38,240 nucleotides of DNA. It comes from Candidatus Nanohalobium sp. (lineage in GTDB: Archaea; Nanohalarchaeota; Nanosalinia; Nanosalinales; Nanosalinaceae). Of the stretch, positions 8,818 to 18,466 are shown one piece after another. Under the pieces are notes generated by a model. It ran no database searches. It saw only the letters and a program-made list of their open reading frames with translations, and was not told the DNA's origin. The DNA is taken from assembly GCA_042216335.1 (NCBI GenBank), contig JBDGTY010000057.1, positions 1-38,240 of the forward strand, read 5' to 3'. Within the stretch, counting starts at the first letter, position 1. Each line of letters begins with the position of its first letter. The position numbers and the translations under genes are program-made.

Positions 8818-9954
8818 CTAGAGTTCTTTCTTTTCCACGTTTTCCAGGGCTTTATCTATAAGATCGTCGATTTCTATCTTCTCCTCTAGCTCCTTTAATT
8901 GATCTTCTTTCAGCTCTGTTGCTGGATTCTCCGGTGATAAACTTTGACACGCCGAGTTGATCTCCGCCAACTCGAAAGTGCCGATCCTCCGTGCCATCTC
9001 GGATATCTCATTCTTGTTAAAACTAAGCAGCGGCCTCATCAACGGCTTCTGGATCTCTCTGGTTGTCATCTCCAGGTTCTGGGCTGTCTGACTTGATTTC
9101 TGTCCCAGGGATTCTCCAGTGGCTATGCCTTTCAGTCCTTCATCTTCTGCGATCTTCTCCGCCACTTCAAACATCACTTTCCGATGCAGCACCATCCTGC
9201 CTTTTCCAACTTGATCAAGAAGCTTCTTATTGACTTTCTGCATATCCACGACGAAGTAATACCACTTTTTCCCGGGATGGAAGGCCTGAAGTTTTTCGAT
9301 AACTTCCTCAAACCTTGCAAGGTGGTCGACTGCGGCGATGGGCTTGTTGTAGAAGTAAATCGGCTTTACATCTGCGCCGCGCTTCATCATCTGGTATGCG
9401 GCGACCGGTGAGTCGATGCCTCCGCTGACCAGCGCTGCGTACCCGTCCTGTGTCCCGACAGGCAGTCCTCCAACGCCTTCAAGTTTCTTATTGGATATGT
9501 AGGCGTCTTCGTCTCTGACCTCTACCTCTACCCATGTCTCCGGGTTGTCAAGATCGACTGAGGCATCTTTTTTCTGGTCGATGTGTGCTCCGACTTCTTT
9601 CTTAATCTGTCGGGTTGTGATGTCGGTGAAGGCTGTATTGGCTTCTACTCCGAATGTTTTGCCGGCTTCAAGTTTCTCTGTCTCTTTCTTTATTTTTTCC
9701 ATGTCTGCTTCCGTCCTTTCTGCGGGTGATACGGATGAGATGCCAGGGATGAGTTTGAGGGCCTCTGCTGCTTCCTCTGCTTTTTCTGTCTCTACTATTA
9801 TTCTTCCTGGCTGGCTGGAGACTTTCTGGAAGTCTATGTTTTCGTGCTGGAGTTTGTCGGCTACTCTCTGCCTGAGCACCTGCTGCATGTGGCTCCGGGC
9901 TTTGCCTGTTTTGGTGCCGATTTCGCCGTACCTGATGAGTACGTGTTCCATCAA
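8818..9954 (-). CDS. thiI: tRNA 4-thiouridine synthase (no rhodanese domain)
   Basis: IRYGEIGTK, THUMP domain, SGGIDS PP-loop, TGESLGQKSSQT. Confidence 0.95.
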   Translation of the reverse strand: MMEHVLIRYGEIGTKTGKARSHMQQVLRQRVADKLQHENIDFQKVSSQPGRIIVETEKAEEAAEALKLIPGISSVSPAERTEADMEKIKKETEKLEAGKTFGVEANTAFTDITTRQIKKEVGAHIDQKKDASVDLDNPETWVEVEVRDEDAYISNKKLEGVGGLPVGTQDGYAALVSGGIDSPVAAYQMMKRGADVKPIYFYNKPIAAVDHLARFEEVIEKLQAFHPGKKWYYFVVDMQKVNKKLLDQVGKGRMVLHRKVMFEVAEKIAEDEGLKGIATGESLGQKSSQTAQNLEMTTREIQKPLMRPLLSFNKNEISEMARRIGTFELAEINSACQSLSPENPATELKEDQLKELEEKIEIDDLIDKALENVEKKEL

Positions 9955-9992
9955 TTAGTTGAACGGGTTGAAGAATTAAGAAGAAAGGGAGT

Positions 9993-10553
9993 TCAGAGGA
10001 GGCCAGAGATGATTCTCAGGAATGATGCAATCGGCCCCTTGTTCTTCTCCTTTTCTGCAGTGTAGTCGGGGTGTTCGAGTGTTCTGATCGTCTCTCCGTC
10101 ATGTACAACCTTCATCTTGAATGGCATATCTGCGTGGAAGGTTGCCTCGTACTTCCTGTAGCTTATGACATCTGCACACGCCAGAGTACCGTTTCCCTTT
10201 CTTTCAGTCGTCACGTTGAATGTGTAGGAGTCCTCGCGGATCTCATTCAAGTCGACATTCAGCTCATAGCAGGGCTGTGGGATCTGTACTGTCCCTGAGA
10301 TGCTCAGTGAAGTGCCGTTAAAGCTGTAGTTGTTTACTCCCGTGGACTGGTTTACTGGGCCCGCGGCTCTCTCAGTAAAGTTGAGCGCCCATTCCGAGCC
10401 AGACTTCCTCACTGTCTCTGGATTGCTCTGGGAGGCCGAGTCATCTGTCGTGCTGAGTGCGTGTGGCTGATTTTTTGGGCCGGAGTAGCCTACGAATGCG
10501 GCCGTGGAAAACGTGGTGAGTACCAGTGCTGTGAACAACGCTGTCTTTTTCAT
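9993..10553 (-). CDS. Secreted hypothetical protein (likely start MKKTALF at 10553)
   Basis: Signal-peptide-like N-terminus; Cys pair (PQPCY...LACAD); N/S/T-rich. Confidence 0.7.
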   Translation of the reverse strand: MKKTALFTALVLTTFSTAAFVGYSGPKNQPHALSTTDDSASQSNPETVRKSGSEWALNFTERAAGPVNQSTGVNNYSFNGTSLSISGTVQIPQPCYELNVDLNEIREDSYTFNVTTERKGNGTLACADVISYRKYEATFHADMPFKMKVVHDGETIRTLEHPDYTAEKEKNKGPIASFLRIISGLL

Positions 10554-10626
10554 ACCAAGTAGATACCTCCGATCGTTTTTTAAACCAGATGCGATTATTC
10601 GATGCAAGTCTTACAGAAAAACCCTC

Positions 10627-11295
10627 TTACAGTATGTACCTGTTTATCCATCCTGCTACTATGTCCAGCGGCGTCTCCCTGCTCCTGTCAGGGCTCAGAG
10701 CATCTATGCTCTCCGACCGGTTCCTGCCGAATCGGCTTTCTCCCACTGGTTTACTGGTTGAATTATCCGTATTCTGGGCCTGTGAATTATGTGGACCGAC
10801 GCCGGTGGAGCGCTCCCGAGCTCTAGCTGAGGCATCAGTGCTGTTTTGGGGTGCTGCCATGCTCAGGGAATCGATGAGCCGGTTTCCGTGATTGACTTCC
10901 AGCTCGAACTCCTGGCCGGATTCAAGCGAGAAACTGTACTCCCTGAAACTTGTTCCCGGACACTTCAGGGAAACTTTCTCCGTATCCACGTCAAGCACAA
11001 AGTTCTGCCCCTTTCTCTCAACGCTGTGAGTCAACCTTTCACACCTCCCGGTCCTGGCCACGCCACGGAACATCACCTCATCCCCGCGGTAAGTCACCTC
11101 ATAGATCCCCGGATCGGAGGAGTTCGACGTACCTTCAGCAAAAGAAGACTCCCACACAACATCCCGTCCACTATCCGTCACGATACTTGTTCTGCTGGCC
11201 TCACTAGCCTCAAAAGAACTACTTGAAACATTCTGCGCACCTACAGCAAAAACCATCGAAACAGCCAGCAGAAAAACCACCAAACTCTTTCTCAT
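10627..11295 (-). CDS. Secreted hypothetical protein, probable paralog of 9993..10553
   Basis: Signal peptide; Cys pair; shared V(N/V)H(G/DG) ending of a beta-rich domain. Confidence 0.7.
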   Translation of the reverse strand: MRKSLVVFLLAVSMVFAVGAQNVSSSSFEASEASRTSIVTDSGRDVVWESSFAEGTSNSSDPGIYEVTYRGDEVMFRGVARTGRCERLTHSVERKGQNFVLDVDTEKVSLKCPGTSFREYSFSLESGQEFELEVNHGNRLIDSLSMAAPQNSTDASARARERSTGVGPHNSQAQNTDNSTSKPVGESRFGRNRSESIDALSPDRSRETPLDIVAGWINRYIL

Positions 11296-11401
11296 AGACT
11301 AGAAAAAGACAGGCCAGTACTTATCAACAAAAGTACAGAACACTGGATTCATTCCGGCCCACCCAAAAGATTTTTATTACTTCTGTAGTAAATCGTATTA
11401 C

Positions 11402-11905
11402 ATGACTGAGGTGGTGCTGGATGCGTCAGCCCTGATACTGATGGCGAAGATAGGGCTGCTAGAAGAGCTTTCACAGGAACTTAATTTACGCACCACCGAG
11501 GAAGTCTACAGGGAAGCCACGAGGGCAGAGACCTACGACGCACAGGTAATACAGCAGAGAGCTGAGGACGACAGAATAATCAGGGAAGAAGTTTCTGAAA
11601 AAAGCGTAGAGAAGATACTCAGCAGGTTCAACCTTGACAAAGGAGAAGCCTCCACGATAGCATATTGCAGAGAAGAGAACATGAATGTAGTAGCGACCGA
11701 CGACAAACAGGCTATTAAAGCCTGCAAAATACTGGAGATAAAGTTCACAACAAGCCTGAAACTGCTCGAACAATCAAAGAAGAAAGGAATGCTGAGCCAG
11801 GAAAAGGCCCTAGCCAAGTTAGAGGAGCTTGACAGATATGGCTGGTATAGAGACAGTCAAATCAAAACCACAGAACAAAACATAAGAGGTGAAAACCAAG
11901 AATGA
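11402..11905 (+). CDS. PIN-domain (VapC/DUF3368-like) ribonuclease toxin
   Basis: VVLDASALI, LDKGEASTI, ATDDKQA acidic PIN motifs. Confidence 0.88.
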   Translation: MTEVVLDASALILMAKIGLLEELSQELNLRTTEEVYREATRAETYDAQVIQQRAEDDRIIREEVSEKSVEKILSRFNLDKGEASTIAYCREENMNVVATDDKQAIKACKILEIKFTTSLKLLEQSKKKGMLSQEKALAKLEELDRYGWYRDSQIKTTEQNIRGENQE

Positions 11906-12198
11906 GCGACGTCGTAAGCTTCAGACTATCCGAAAAAGAGAAAGAAACAATAGAGAACATAGCCAGCGAAGAAAATAAAGACAAATCAGAAGTAGCAAGA
12001 CAACTGATAGACTACGGAGAAACATTCAGAGCACTAAAAAAATACAGAAAAGGAGAGATATCCGTAGGAAAGATGGCCTCAGAATTGGATATAACTATAA
12101 CTGAAGCCATGAGCATGCTGACAGAACTAGGCATAGACTCAGGCATAACACAGGAAGACCAAATAGAAGCAAAGGAAAACCTGCAAGAAGTATGGTAG
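11902..12198 (+). CDS. RHH plus UPF0175-like antitoxin
   Basis: VVSFRLS...DKSEVARQLI ribbon-helix-helix; YRKGEISVGKMASELDI; ATGA overlap with the PIN gene. Confidence 0.85.
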   Translation: MSDVVSFRLSEKEKETIENIASEENKDKSEVARQLIDYGETFRALKKYRKGEISVGKMASELDITITEAMSMLTELGIDSGITQEDQIEAKENLQEVW

Positions 12199-12259
12199 TG
12201 ACGAAAACCTGTTTCTTCCTTTAAATCCTGAAATCGCCTGATTCGTAGAAATAAGGGCT

Positions 12260-12403
12260 TGCGGGGGACAAGATTCGAACTTGCGAACGGCTAACCGACA
12301 GGGTATTTTAATCGAAGGCGTCTGCCTTCTCAGTCCCCGTTTCCACTGCTGGGAAACTTGAGGTTCCTAAACCCTGCGCCTTTGACCACTTGGCTACCCC
12401 CGC
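12260..12403 (-). tRNA. tRNA-Leu(TAG) with 61-nt intron (12305..12365) at position 37/38
   Basis: GCGGGGGTAGCCAAGTGGTCAAAGGCG-CAGGG-TTTAGG|intron|A-CCCTG, long variable arm, GTTCGAATC T-loop; TTTA(32-35) pairs with intron TAAA as the BHB central helix. Confidence 0.92.
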
Positions 12404-12566
12404 ATATCGTGTACCCGAAAGGGATTTTCGTGCCTGCTTGTGGAGAAGCAGACGTATACTCAATTGTGGAGTATTAAGTCTTTTTAATGGGTTCGTTGTT
12501 GTGCTGCTTCTGCTGGAAAGGAATTTAAGGCTGCCCTCTGGAAAAAGATTACAGGGGGAGTAGTTC

Positions 12567-13193
12567 TTGCTGGAATACAGGGATTTCAAGGTTCACTGGG
12601 ATGGACACGCATCGGTCCACATATCAGATAACGGTTTCACTGTTGCTGTCGATCCTTTCTTAGAGGTTGACACAGATTTCGAGGCGGATATCGTTCTCAT
12701 CACTCACTCCGACGCCGGGCATTACGATGAAGAGGCATTGAAGGAGATAAGCTACGACAGGACGGTCTTCGTCTGCCCCGAGTCGATGGATCTTCCTTTC
12801 CGTGACGTTGAGAAGTTGAAGGGGGGTGAGCATATCGATATCTACAGCGTTGAGATCGAGGCCGTACCCATGTACAACGACCACCATACGCGGGGAGAAG
12901 GTATCGGTTACAGGTTCACTATGAAGGACACCAGTTTCTACGTGGCGGGCGACACCGGCCTAACCGGGGAGATGCGCGACCTGGAGAACCGAGTTGACCT
13001 GGCGTTCCTGCCGATAGAGGGGAGGTACACGATGGAGGTGGATGATGCGGTTCAGGCTGCGGTGCGTATCAAGCCGGAGATCGCGGTGCCGTACCACTTC
13101 GGAGAACCGTTCTTCCCCGAGGCGGAGAGGGATGCCGGAAAGTTCTGTGCCGAGCTCGAGGACAGGAACATCGAATCCCAGGAACTGGAGTAA
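12567..13193 (+). CDS. MBL-fold metallo-hydrolase (degenerate metal motif)
   Basis: WDGHAS, THSDAGHYD, YVAGDT, VPYHF; TTG start. Confidence 0.85.
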   Translation: MLEYRDFKVHWDGHASVHISDNGFTVAVDPFLEVDTDFEADIVLITHSDAGHYDEEALKEISYDRTVFVCPESMDLPFRDVEKLKGGEHIDIYSVEIEAVPMYNDHHTRGEGIGYRFTMKDTSFYVAGDTGLTGEMRDLENRVDLAFLPIEGRYTMEVDDAVQAAVRIKPEIAVPYHFGEPFFPEAERDAGKFCAELEDRNIESQELE

Positions 13194-13219
13194 AGCTTTA
13201 GACCCTGCGGTTCCAAACA

Positions 13220-13918
13220 ATGAGTATGGAATCAAATGCTTCTTTCGACGGCGTAGAAGTCGAGTGGCTTGGTCACGCATCAGTAAAACTCAAGGACTCC
13301 GACGGTTTCACCGTGTACATCGACCCGTGGAGCGACGTCATGGAGGGAAATAGAGAGTACGAGAAAGCCGACGTGATAGTCTCAACCCATGATCACTTCG
13401 ACCATTTCGACAAGAAGATGGTCCAGCAACTGAAGAAGAGAGACACTGTACTCGTCTGCACAGAGGAATCCGAGGAGGAAGTGCCGGAAGACCTGAGCCA
13501 CAAAGTGATCGAGCCGAACCGCTCAGTCAAAGTCAAGAACCACATAATCAAGGGAGTCCATGCCTACAACCTCGACAAGTTCCGGGAGCCGGACACCCCC
13601 TACCACCCGAAAGGATTCTGCACAGGAGTAATCTTCGAACTGGATGGAACAAAGTTCTACCACATGTCCGACACCGACCCTATCCCCGAGTTAGAAGATA
13701 TAGATGAGGATGTCGACGTGGCGTTTGTACCCTCTGGAGGACACTACACCATGGACCAGGAAGAAGCGATTGAAGCCATCAACAAGTTTAATCCTCAGAA
13801 CGTCGTGCCGATCCACTACGGCCACATAGACGAAACCACAGCCGACACAGAAAAACTTGAAGAAGACATAAGAGAAGAAACCGAGGCCGAACCGGTTATA
13901 CTGGAGCCATCGGCCTGA
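13220..13918 (+). CDS. MBL-fold metallo-hydrolase (UlaG/YtkL-like)
   Basis: WLGHAS, THDHFDH (HxHxDH), SDT, VPIHY. Confidence 0.9.
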   Translation: MSMESNASFDGVEVEWLGHASVKLKDSDGFTVYIDPWSDVMEGNREYEKADVIVSTHDHFDHFDKKMVQQLKKRDTVLVCTEESEEEVPEDLSHKVIEPNRSVKVKNHIIKGVHAYNLDKFREPDTPYHPKGFCTGVIFELDGTKFYHMSDTDPIPELEDIDEDVDVAFVPSGGHYTMDQEEAIEAINKFNPQNVVPIHYGHIDETTADTEKLEEDIREETEAEPVILEPSA

Positions 13919-13939
13919 TTTCAACTTTAATATTTTTTT

Positions 13940-14395
13940 CTACAGCCCCAGTCCGAGCAGGTTTGCCAGCCCCTTCAACGTGTTGAATATCGTGACTTTG
14001 ACCTTGCCTCCGATTGTTGTTGCCTTGTAACGGATTTCGTTCTTGTTTAGCTGTTCTCTGAGTGTGGAGAACTTGCTGTCGGACTCGATGACTGTGGAAA
14101 TTGTTTCCTGGTCTGTCCAGACCTTCAACGTCGGGTCTTCGAACCCGTTCTCGCTGATGTTGGCGATTTTCACGCCGTCAAAGCTTACTCCGATGGTTTC
14201 GTTGCTTGAGTTGGTCTCGACCCGGAAATTCACTTTTTCTCCGCCGATTATGTTTCCGACAAATCCAGGTACTTCGTCAGTCTGGTTGTTGTATACCTGT
14301 TTGAACTGCTGTAGCTCGTTTGAATCCGGGATGGTTACTGTTGCTGTTGATCCGATAAGCAGGAGAACCAGGGAGATCAGAATCACTCTTTTCAT
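13940..14395 (-). CDS. Secreted or membrane hypothetical protein
   Basis: Signal-peptide-like N-terminus. Confidence 0.7.
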   Translation of the reverse strand: MKRVILISLVLLLIGSTATVTIPDSNELQQFKQVYNNQTDEVPGFVGNIIGGEKVNFRVETNSSNETIGVSFDGVKIANISENGFEDPTLKVWTDQETISTVIESDSKFSTLREQLNKNEIRYKATTIGGKVKVTIFNTLKGLANLLGLGL

Positions 14396-14434
14396 ACAAT
14401 AATTGATTGAAAGAGAAGGTTAAAAAGATGCGAG

Positions 14435-16165
14435 TTACTTGACTGTGACGCTCTTCGCCAGGTTGCGCGGCTTGTCAGGGTTGTTGCCTTTCTTGATCGA
14501 TGTCAGGTAGGCGATCATCTGGAACGGCACGATCTCCAGTATCTCACTGTTTTCATCCTCAGGTATCTCTATGAAGTGCTCGAAGCTCTCCACTTCCTCA
14601 GTTCCCACACCGATGATCTCGGCTCCACGGGACTGGGCCTCGAGCGTGTTGGACATCGTTTCCTCGTATCCCTCCTCCTTCAGGAAGCTGACCACAGGGA
14701 CGCCGTCCTCTATCAACGCCAGGGTGCCGTGCTTGAACTCTCCGCCTGGGAACGCCTCGACATGGATATAGGAAAGCTCCTTAAGCTTCAAGGCGGCCTC
14801 CTGAGCCATCTCATAACCACGGTTTCTTCCGATCGTGAAGACGTGGTCCTTATCCAGGAGGTAGTCGGAGATCTCCTCGAATTTCTCCTCCTGTGTTTCA
14901 AGAACCTTTCCGATATTATCTGCCGTATCGATCAGCGATTTCCTGCCCTCGTCCAGCCTGTCCTGGAGCGCGTACTTCAGCAGTTTCAGGACCGCGACCT
15001 GTGCAGTAAATGCTTTTGTAGAAGCGACTCCGATCTCTGGCCCGGCGTTGACAAACAGTTTGTGGTCTGCCTTCCGTGCAAGTGTTGAGCCGACGACGTT
15101 GACGACTGCGAGGACGTCTGCCTCTGTTTCCTGGAGCATGGAGAGTAGATCGGCTGTCTCACCGCTCTGACTGACTGCGATAACTAGATCGTCTTCCCCG
15201 ACCTGGTCTGCGCGGTACTCGAGTTCGTGGGACTGCTCCGATATGGTCTTTACTCCGGCCTCTCTCAGGTATTTTCCGCCGAGCGATGCTGCGAAACTGG
15301 CAGTCCCACAGCCAGTCATGTATACGTTCTCCGCTTCTTCGATCATATCCACGGCTTTCTTCATGTCGCTCTTGTCCTGAAAGGCTGCTCTCTTCACTGT
15401 CTGTTCCTGTTCGAGTATCTCCTTCTCCATGAAATGGTCGTGGCCCTCCTTCGATGCCTGTTCCGCATCCCACTCAATCTCCTCGGGCTCTTTCTCGATC
15501 TGCTCTCCTTCCCTGAATATCTCCAGTTTCCCATTCAGTACTGCGATTTCGCCGTCCTCCAGGAAGATGGCCTCGTCGGTGTATTCCAGGAACGGTGTTA
15601 CGTCGGAGGCCAGGAAGTTCTCTTCCTCCCCGACTCCGATGACAAGCGGTGACTCGTTTTTGAACGCTATCATGTCGCCTGAATCGAACGTGGCAACAAC
15701 TGCATAGGAACCGTTGATCCTCTCTACTACGTTTTCCGCAATTTCGTGAAGAGGAATGTCTTTCTGCATCTCCTCTTCGATAAGGTGAGGGATGACTTCT
15801 GTATCGGTTTCGGATTGGAAATCGTGTCCTCTGCTTTCCAGTTCTTCCTTGAGTTCCTCGTAGTTGTTTATTATACCGTTGTGGACTACTGCGACCTCGT
15901 TGCCGCAGTCGACGTGTGGGTGTGCGTTGGTGTCGTTGACCCCTCCGTGTGTCGCCCAGCGGGTATGTCCTACGCCGCTTGTGCCGTCCTTTTTCTCCGG
16001 TGAGACTTCGTCGATTGTTCCCTCCCCCTTCTCGATCTTCAGACTTGGGTTTCCTGCTGTTGCGATCCCTGCGGAGTCATATCCTCTGTACTCCAGTTTC
16101 TTCAGGCCTTCGTAGACGATCTGTGAGGCCTGTCTGTCTCCCTTGTAACCAACTATTCCACACAT
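14435..16165 (-). CDS. glmS: Glutamine--fructose-6-phosphate transaminase (isomerizing)
   Basis: True start MCGIVG at 16165 (N-terminal nucleophile Cys); EYRGYDSAG, GHTRWATHG, SQSGETAD, PRNLAKSVTV. Confidence 0.97.
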   Translation of the reverse strand: MCGIVGYKGDRQASQIVYEGLKKLEYRGYDSAGIATAGNPSLKIEKGEGTIDEVSPEKKDGTSGVGHTRWATHGGVNDTNAHPHVDCGNEVAVVHNGIINNYEELKEELESRGHDFQSETDTEVIPHLIEEEMQKDIPLHEIAENVVERINGSYAVVATFDSGDMIAFKNESPLVIGVGEEENFLASDVTPFLEYTDEAIFLEDGEIAVLNGKLEIFREGEQIEKEPEEIEWDAEQASKEGHDHFMEKEILEQEQTVKRAAFQDKSDMKKAVDMIEEAENVYMTGCGTASFAASLGGKYLREAGVKTISEQSHELEYRADQVGEDDLVIAVSQSGETADLLSMLQETEADVLAVVNVVGSTLARKADHKLFVNAGPEIGVASTKAFTAQVAVLKLLKYALQDRLDEGRKSLIDTADNIGKVLETQEEKFEEISDYLLDKDHVFTIGRNRGYEMAQEAALKLKELSYIHVEAFPGGEFKHGTLALIEDGVPVVSFLKEEGYEETMSNTLEAQSRGAEIIGVGTEEVESFEHFIEIPEDENSEILEIVPFQMIAYLTSIKKGNNPDKPRNLAKSVTVK

Positions 16166-16323
16166 AACAAGGACGGATGGAACTCCGACGCCCTTAAAAA
16201 CCACTTCGAATCAAGGCCAGGGCGTGAAGAAGAACTTTTACTGGTTGATCTGATAAGTTCAAAAAACTGGTTTTGGTGAATCAATCCAAACGCATTTATA
16301 AGTCCAGTCAAACTTTTTTAGTA

Positions 16324-17247
16324 ATGGTCAGTGTAGCGCGAGATGATAAACTCGTTGAAGCGGAGGCGCTTTCGGAGGGACAGCTCTCAGCCCTCAGCGA
16401 TCCAATCCGGGTAAAAATCCTAGAGAAACTGGCGAAAGAACCATCCTATCCTTCCCAGTTAACCGATGAGCTCGACTCCAGCAAACAGAAACTTTACTAC
16501 CACTTCGACAAACTCAAGGAAGCGGAGCTGATAGAAGAGGAAAGAAAGGAGAATCTCTCAGGCGGAGAAGCCACATACTATAGGCCCTCCAAGTATGCCT
16601 ACGTTCTTGACCTGGGAGGTGAAGGCGAGGAGATGCCGCTACCCGAGCAAAGTTCTTCGGTATCAAAATTTCTCAGGCCATTGACACAGGATGGAGAGTT
16701 TAGTGGCTACGTTGTTGCTGGCGCTCCTGACCAGCACGGTCCGGACCAGGTAAGGGCGCGTGACGGCCACCTCACTTCGGAGATATCGTTCAAGCTCGGG
16801 AACTACGCAAGAAAGAAGGAGAAGATGGCCGAGGTCGTCCGGCTTGACACGGAGATCGTGGCGGAGGAAGATTTCGACCAAAGCCTTCTGATGGTAGGCG
16901 GAGTGCTGACGAACGTCGTGGCGAAGAAGTTCAATGAGAGCTTCCCGGCCTACTTCCCCAGCGAAGAATTCCCGTACAGAGAGCTCAGGACTCCAGAGAA
17001 CTCGTACGGCTCGGGCGACATCGGCGTCATCACCAAGACCTCCAACCCGGAAAACAGGGAGGAAAGCATCTTCCTGGTCGCTGGGGTCCGGGAGAAAGGC
17101 ACAGAGGCGGCGGTGAAAGCGTTCTCAGATCTTGAGAACATAGTCGAGGACTACGAGGCCGGCCAGTTCTACGCTGTCGTGAAAGGGTTGGACTTAAACA
17201 GCGACGGAGACATAGATGACTACAGGGTGATCGAGATATCCGAATAA
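16324..17247 (+). CDS. ArsR-type HTH fused to a C-terminal alpha/beta domain
   Basis: ALSDPIRVKILEKL...KLYYHFDKLKEAELI; C-terminal part with GAPDQHGP..RARDGH and VGGVLTNVV; ATG at 16324. Confidence 0.8.
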   Translation: MVSVARDDKLVEAEALSEGQLSALSDPIRVKILEKLAKEPSYPSQLTDELDSSKQKLYYHFDKLKEAELIEEERKENLSGGEATYYRPSKYAYVLDLGGEGEEMPLPEQSSSVSKFLRPLTQDGEFSGYVVAGAPDQHGPDQVRARDGHLTSEISFKLGNYARKKEKMAEVVRLDTEIVAEEDFDQSLLMVGGVLTNVVAKKFNESFPAYFPSEEFPYRELRTPENSYGSGDIGVITKTSNPENREESIFLVAGVREKGTEAAVKAFSDLENIVEDYEAGQFYAVVKGLDLNSDGDIDDYRVIEISE

Positions 17248-17260
17248 AAGGTGAACCGGA

Positions 17261-18466
17261 GTGAATAAAGACTGGAAGGTGTTCCAGACTGACGTACTGG
17301 ATCTTCTCAGGCAGTACGAAGGTTTTTTTGACTCTTTTGAGAGGGTAGGAAGCTTTAGCGATAACTCCCGTCCTGATGCGTTCGCAAGGATCACCCGTGA
17401 AGAGAAGAAGGAGGTATGGGTCCTCGACGCCAAGAACAAGGGAGAAATCGTTGAGGAAGACGAGCAGAGGATGCAGAAGTACATAGACCAGGTCGCCCGG
17501 AACCCGACAGATGTAGGCCTTGAACTTTCCGAACTCTCCGACCACAAACTTAGAGGCATATTCATAACCTCGGAAAGAGCAAGCTCGGAGTACGAGGTCG
17601 TGGAGTTCAGGAGGCTGCACCAGTTCCTCCAGAAACAGTTGATATACACCGATACCGACAAGATCGTCCGGGACGTGGCCAAGATGGTGGAACGTCGGGA
17701 GCTATCCCAGAGCCAGGCACGCCTTCTCAACAAGTCACTGAAACCTTTCAGAAGCAGACTGGAGAAGGTCCAGTCAGACCTGAAGATGCTGGAACAGGAG
17801 TTCGTCGGCCTGAAACTTTACACGCCACCTTTCGATAATCTTGATTTTTCACCTCCTTCCGACGCCGTCCTGATGCATGAGGAGCGTGAAGGGGTATTCC
17901 TGATTGACATACCTTACTCGCCGCAGGAGGCGATGAAGGCCGAGGAACGGGCGAAGCAGCTGGAGAGCAGGATAGAGGAGAAAGAGTACTACGTATCGAT
18001 CCACAGCTTCGACGTTGATTCTGAATTTGCCTGTCCTCCGGAAAAGTTCAAGGAAAAACTTACTGAGGTCCTGGGAATACTTTCCCCGGAGAGCGTGGCG
18101 AAGATGTTCGATCCCAAATTCGACGTGGAGAAAAGCTACGAGGACGGATACATAGTCCTCCGCTCCAACACACTGGGCTTCCATCTGAAGGTATCCTCCA
18201 GAGACGACATACACCACAAGATCGAGACATCACTCAACTCCGAGGCAGTTTCCCGGATGAAGGAGAGATGCACCAATTCCCGGACAGAGTTCGGAGAGTT
18301 TGACGGAAATACCTGGAGACAGGAACTGGAAGTCAAGCCAGATCTGAGCGTCAAACACGACAGAGAGGAGAGCCTGGAAAGCTACAGGCAGTCAGTCCGG
18401 AATATCTTCCAGTCGTCGGTCAACCCGGTCTACAGTAAAAAGGTTGCAAAGACAATAGGAGAGTAG
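17261..18466 (+). CDS. Protein with N-terminal PD-(D/E)xK restriction-endonuclease-like domain
   Basis: WKVFQ..V...L...RPDAF...VLDAKNK pattern resembling Mrr-like nucleases. Confidence 0.65.
   Translation: MNKDWKVFQTDVLDLLRQYEGFFDSFERVGSFSDNSRPDAFARITREEKKEVWVLDAKNKGEIVEEDEQRMQKYIDQVARNPTDVGLELSELSDHKLRGIFITSERASSEYEVVEFRRLHQFLQKQLIYTDTDKIVRDVAKMVERRELSQSQARLLNKSLKPFRSRLEKVQSDLKMLEQEFVGLKLYTPPFDNLDFSPPSDAVLMHEEREGVFLIDIPYSPQEAMKAEERAKQLESRIEEKEYYVSIHSFDVDSEFACPPEKFKEKLTEVLGILSPESVAKMFDPKFDVEKSYEDGYIVLRSNTLGFHLKVSSRDDIHHKIETSLNSEAVSRMKERCTNSRTEFGEFDGNTWRQELEVKPDLSVKHDREESLESYRQSVRNIFQSSVNPVYSKKVAKTIGE

Noticed and set aside
12335-12360. ORB-like string (CAGTGGAAACGGGG on minus strand) in the tRNA-Leu intron
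   Set aside because: Single copy, explained by an RNA hairpin, and 10 kb from cdc6
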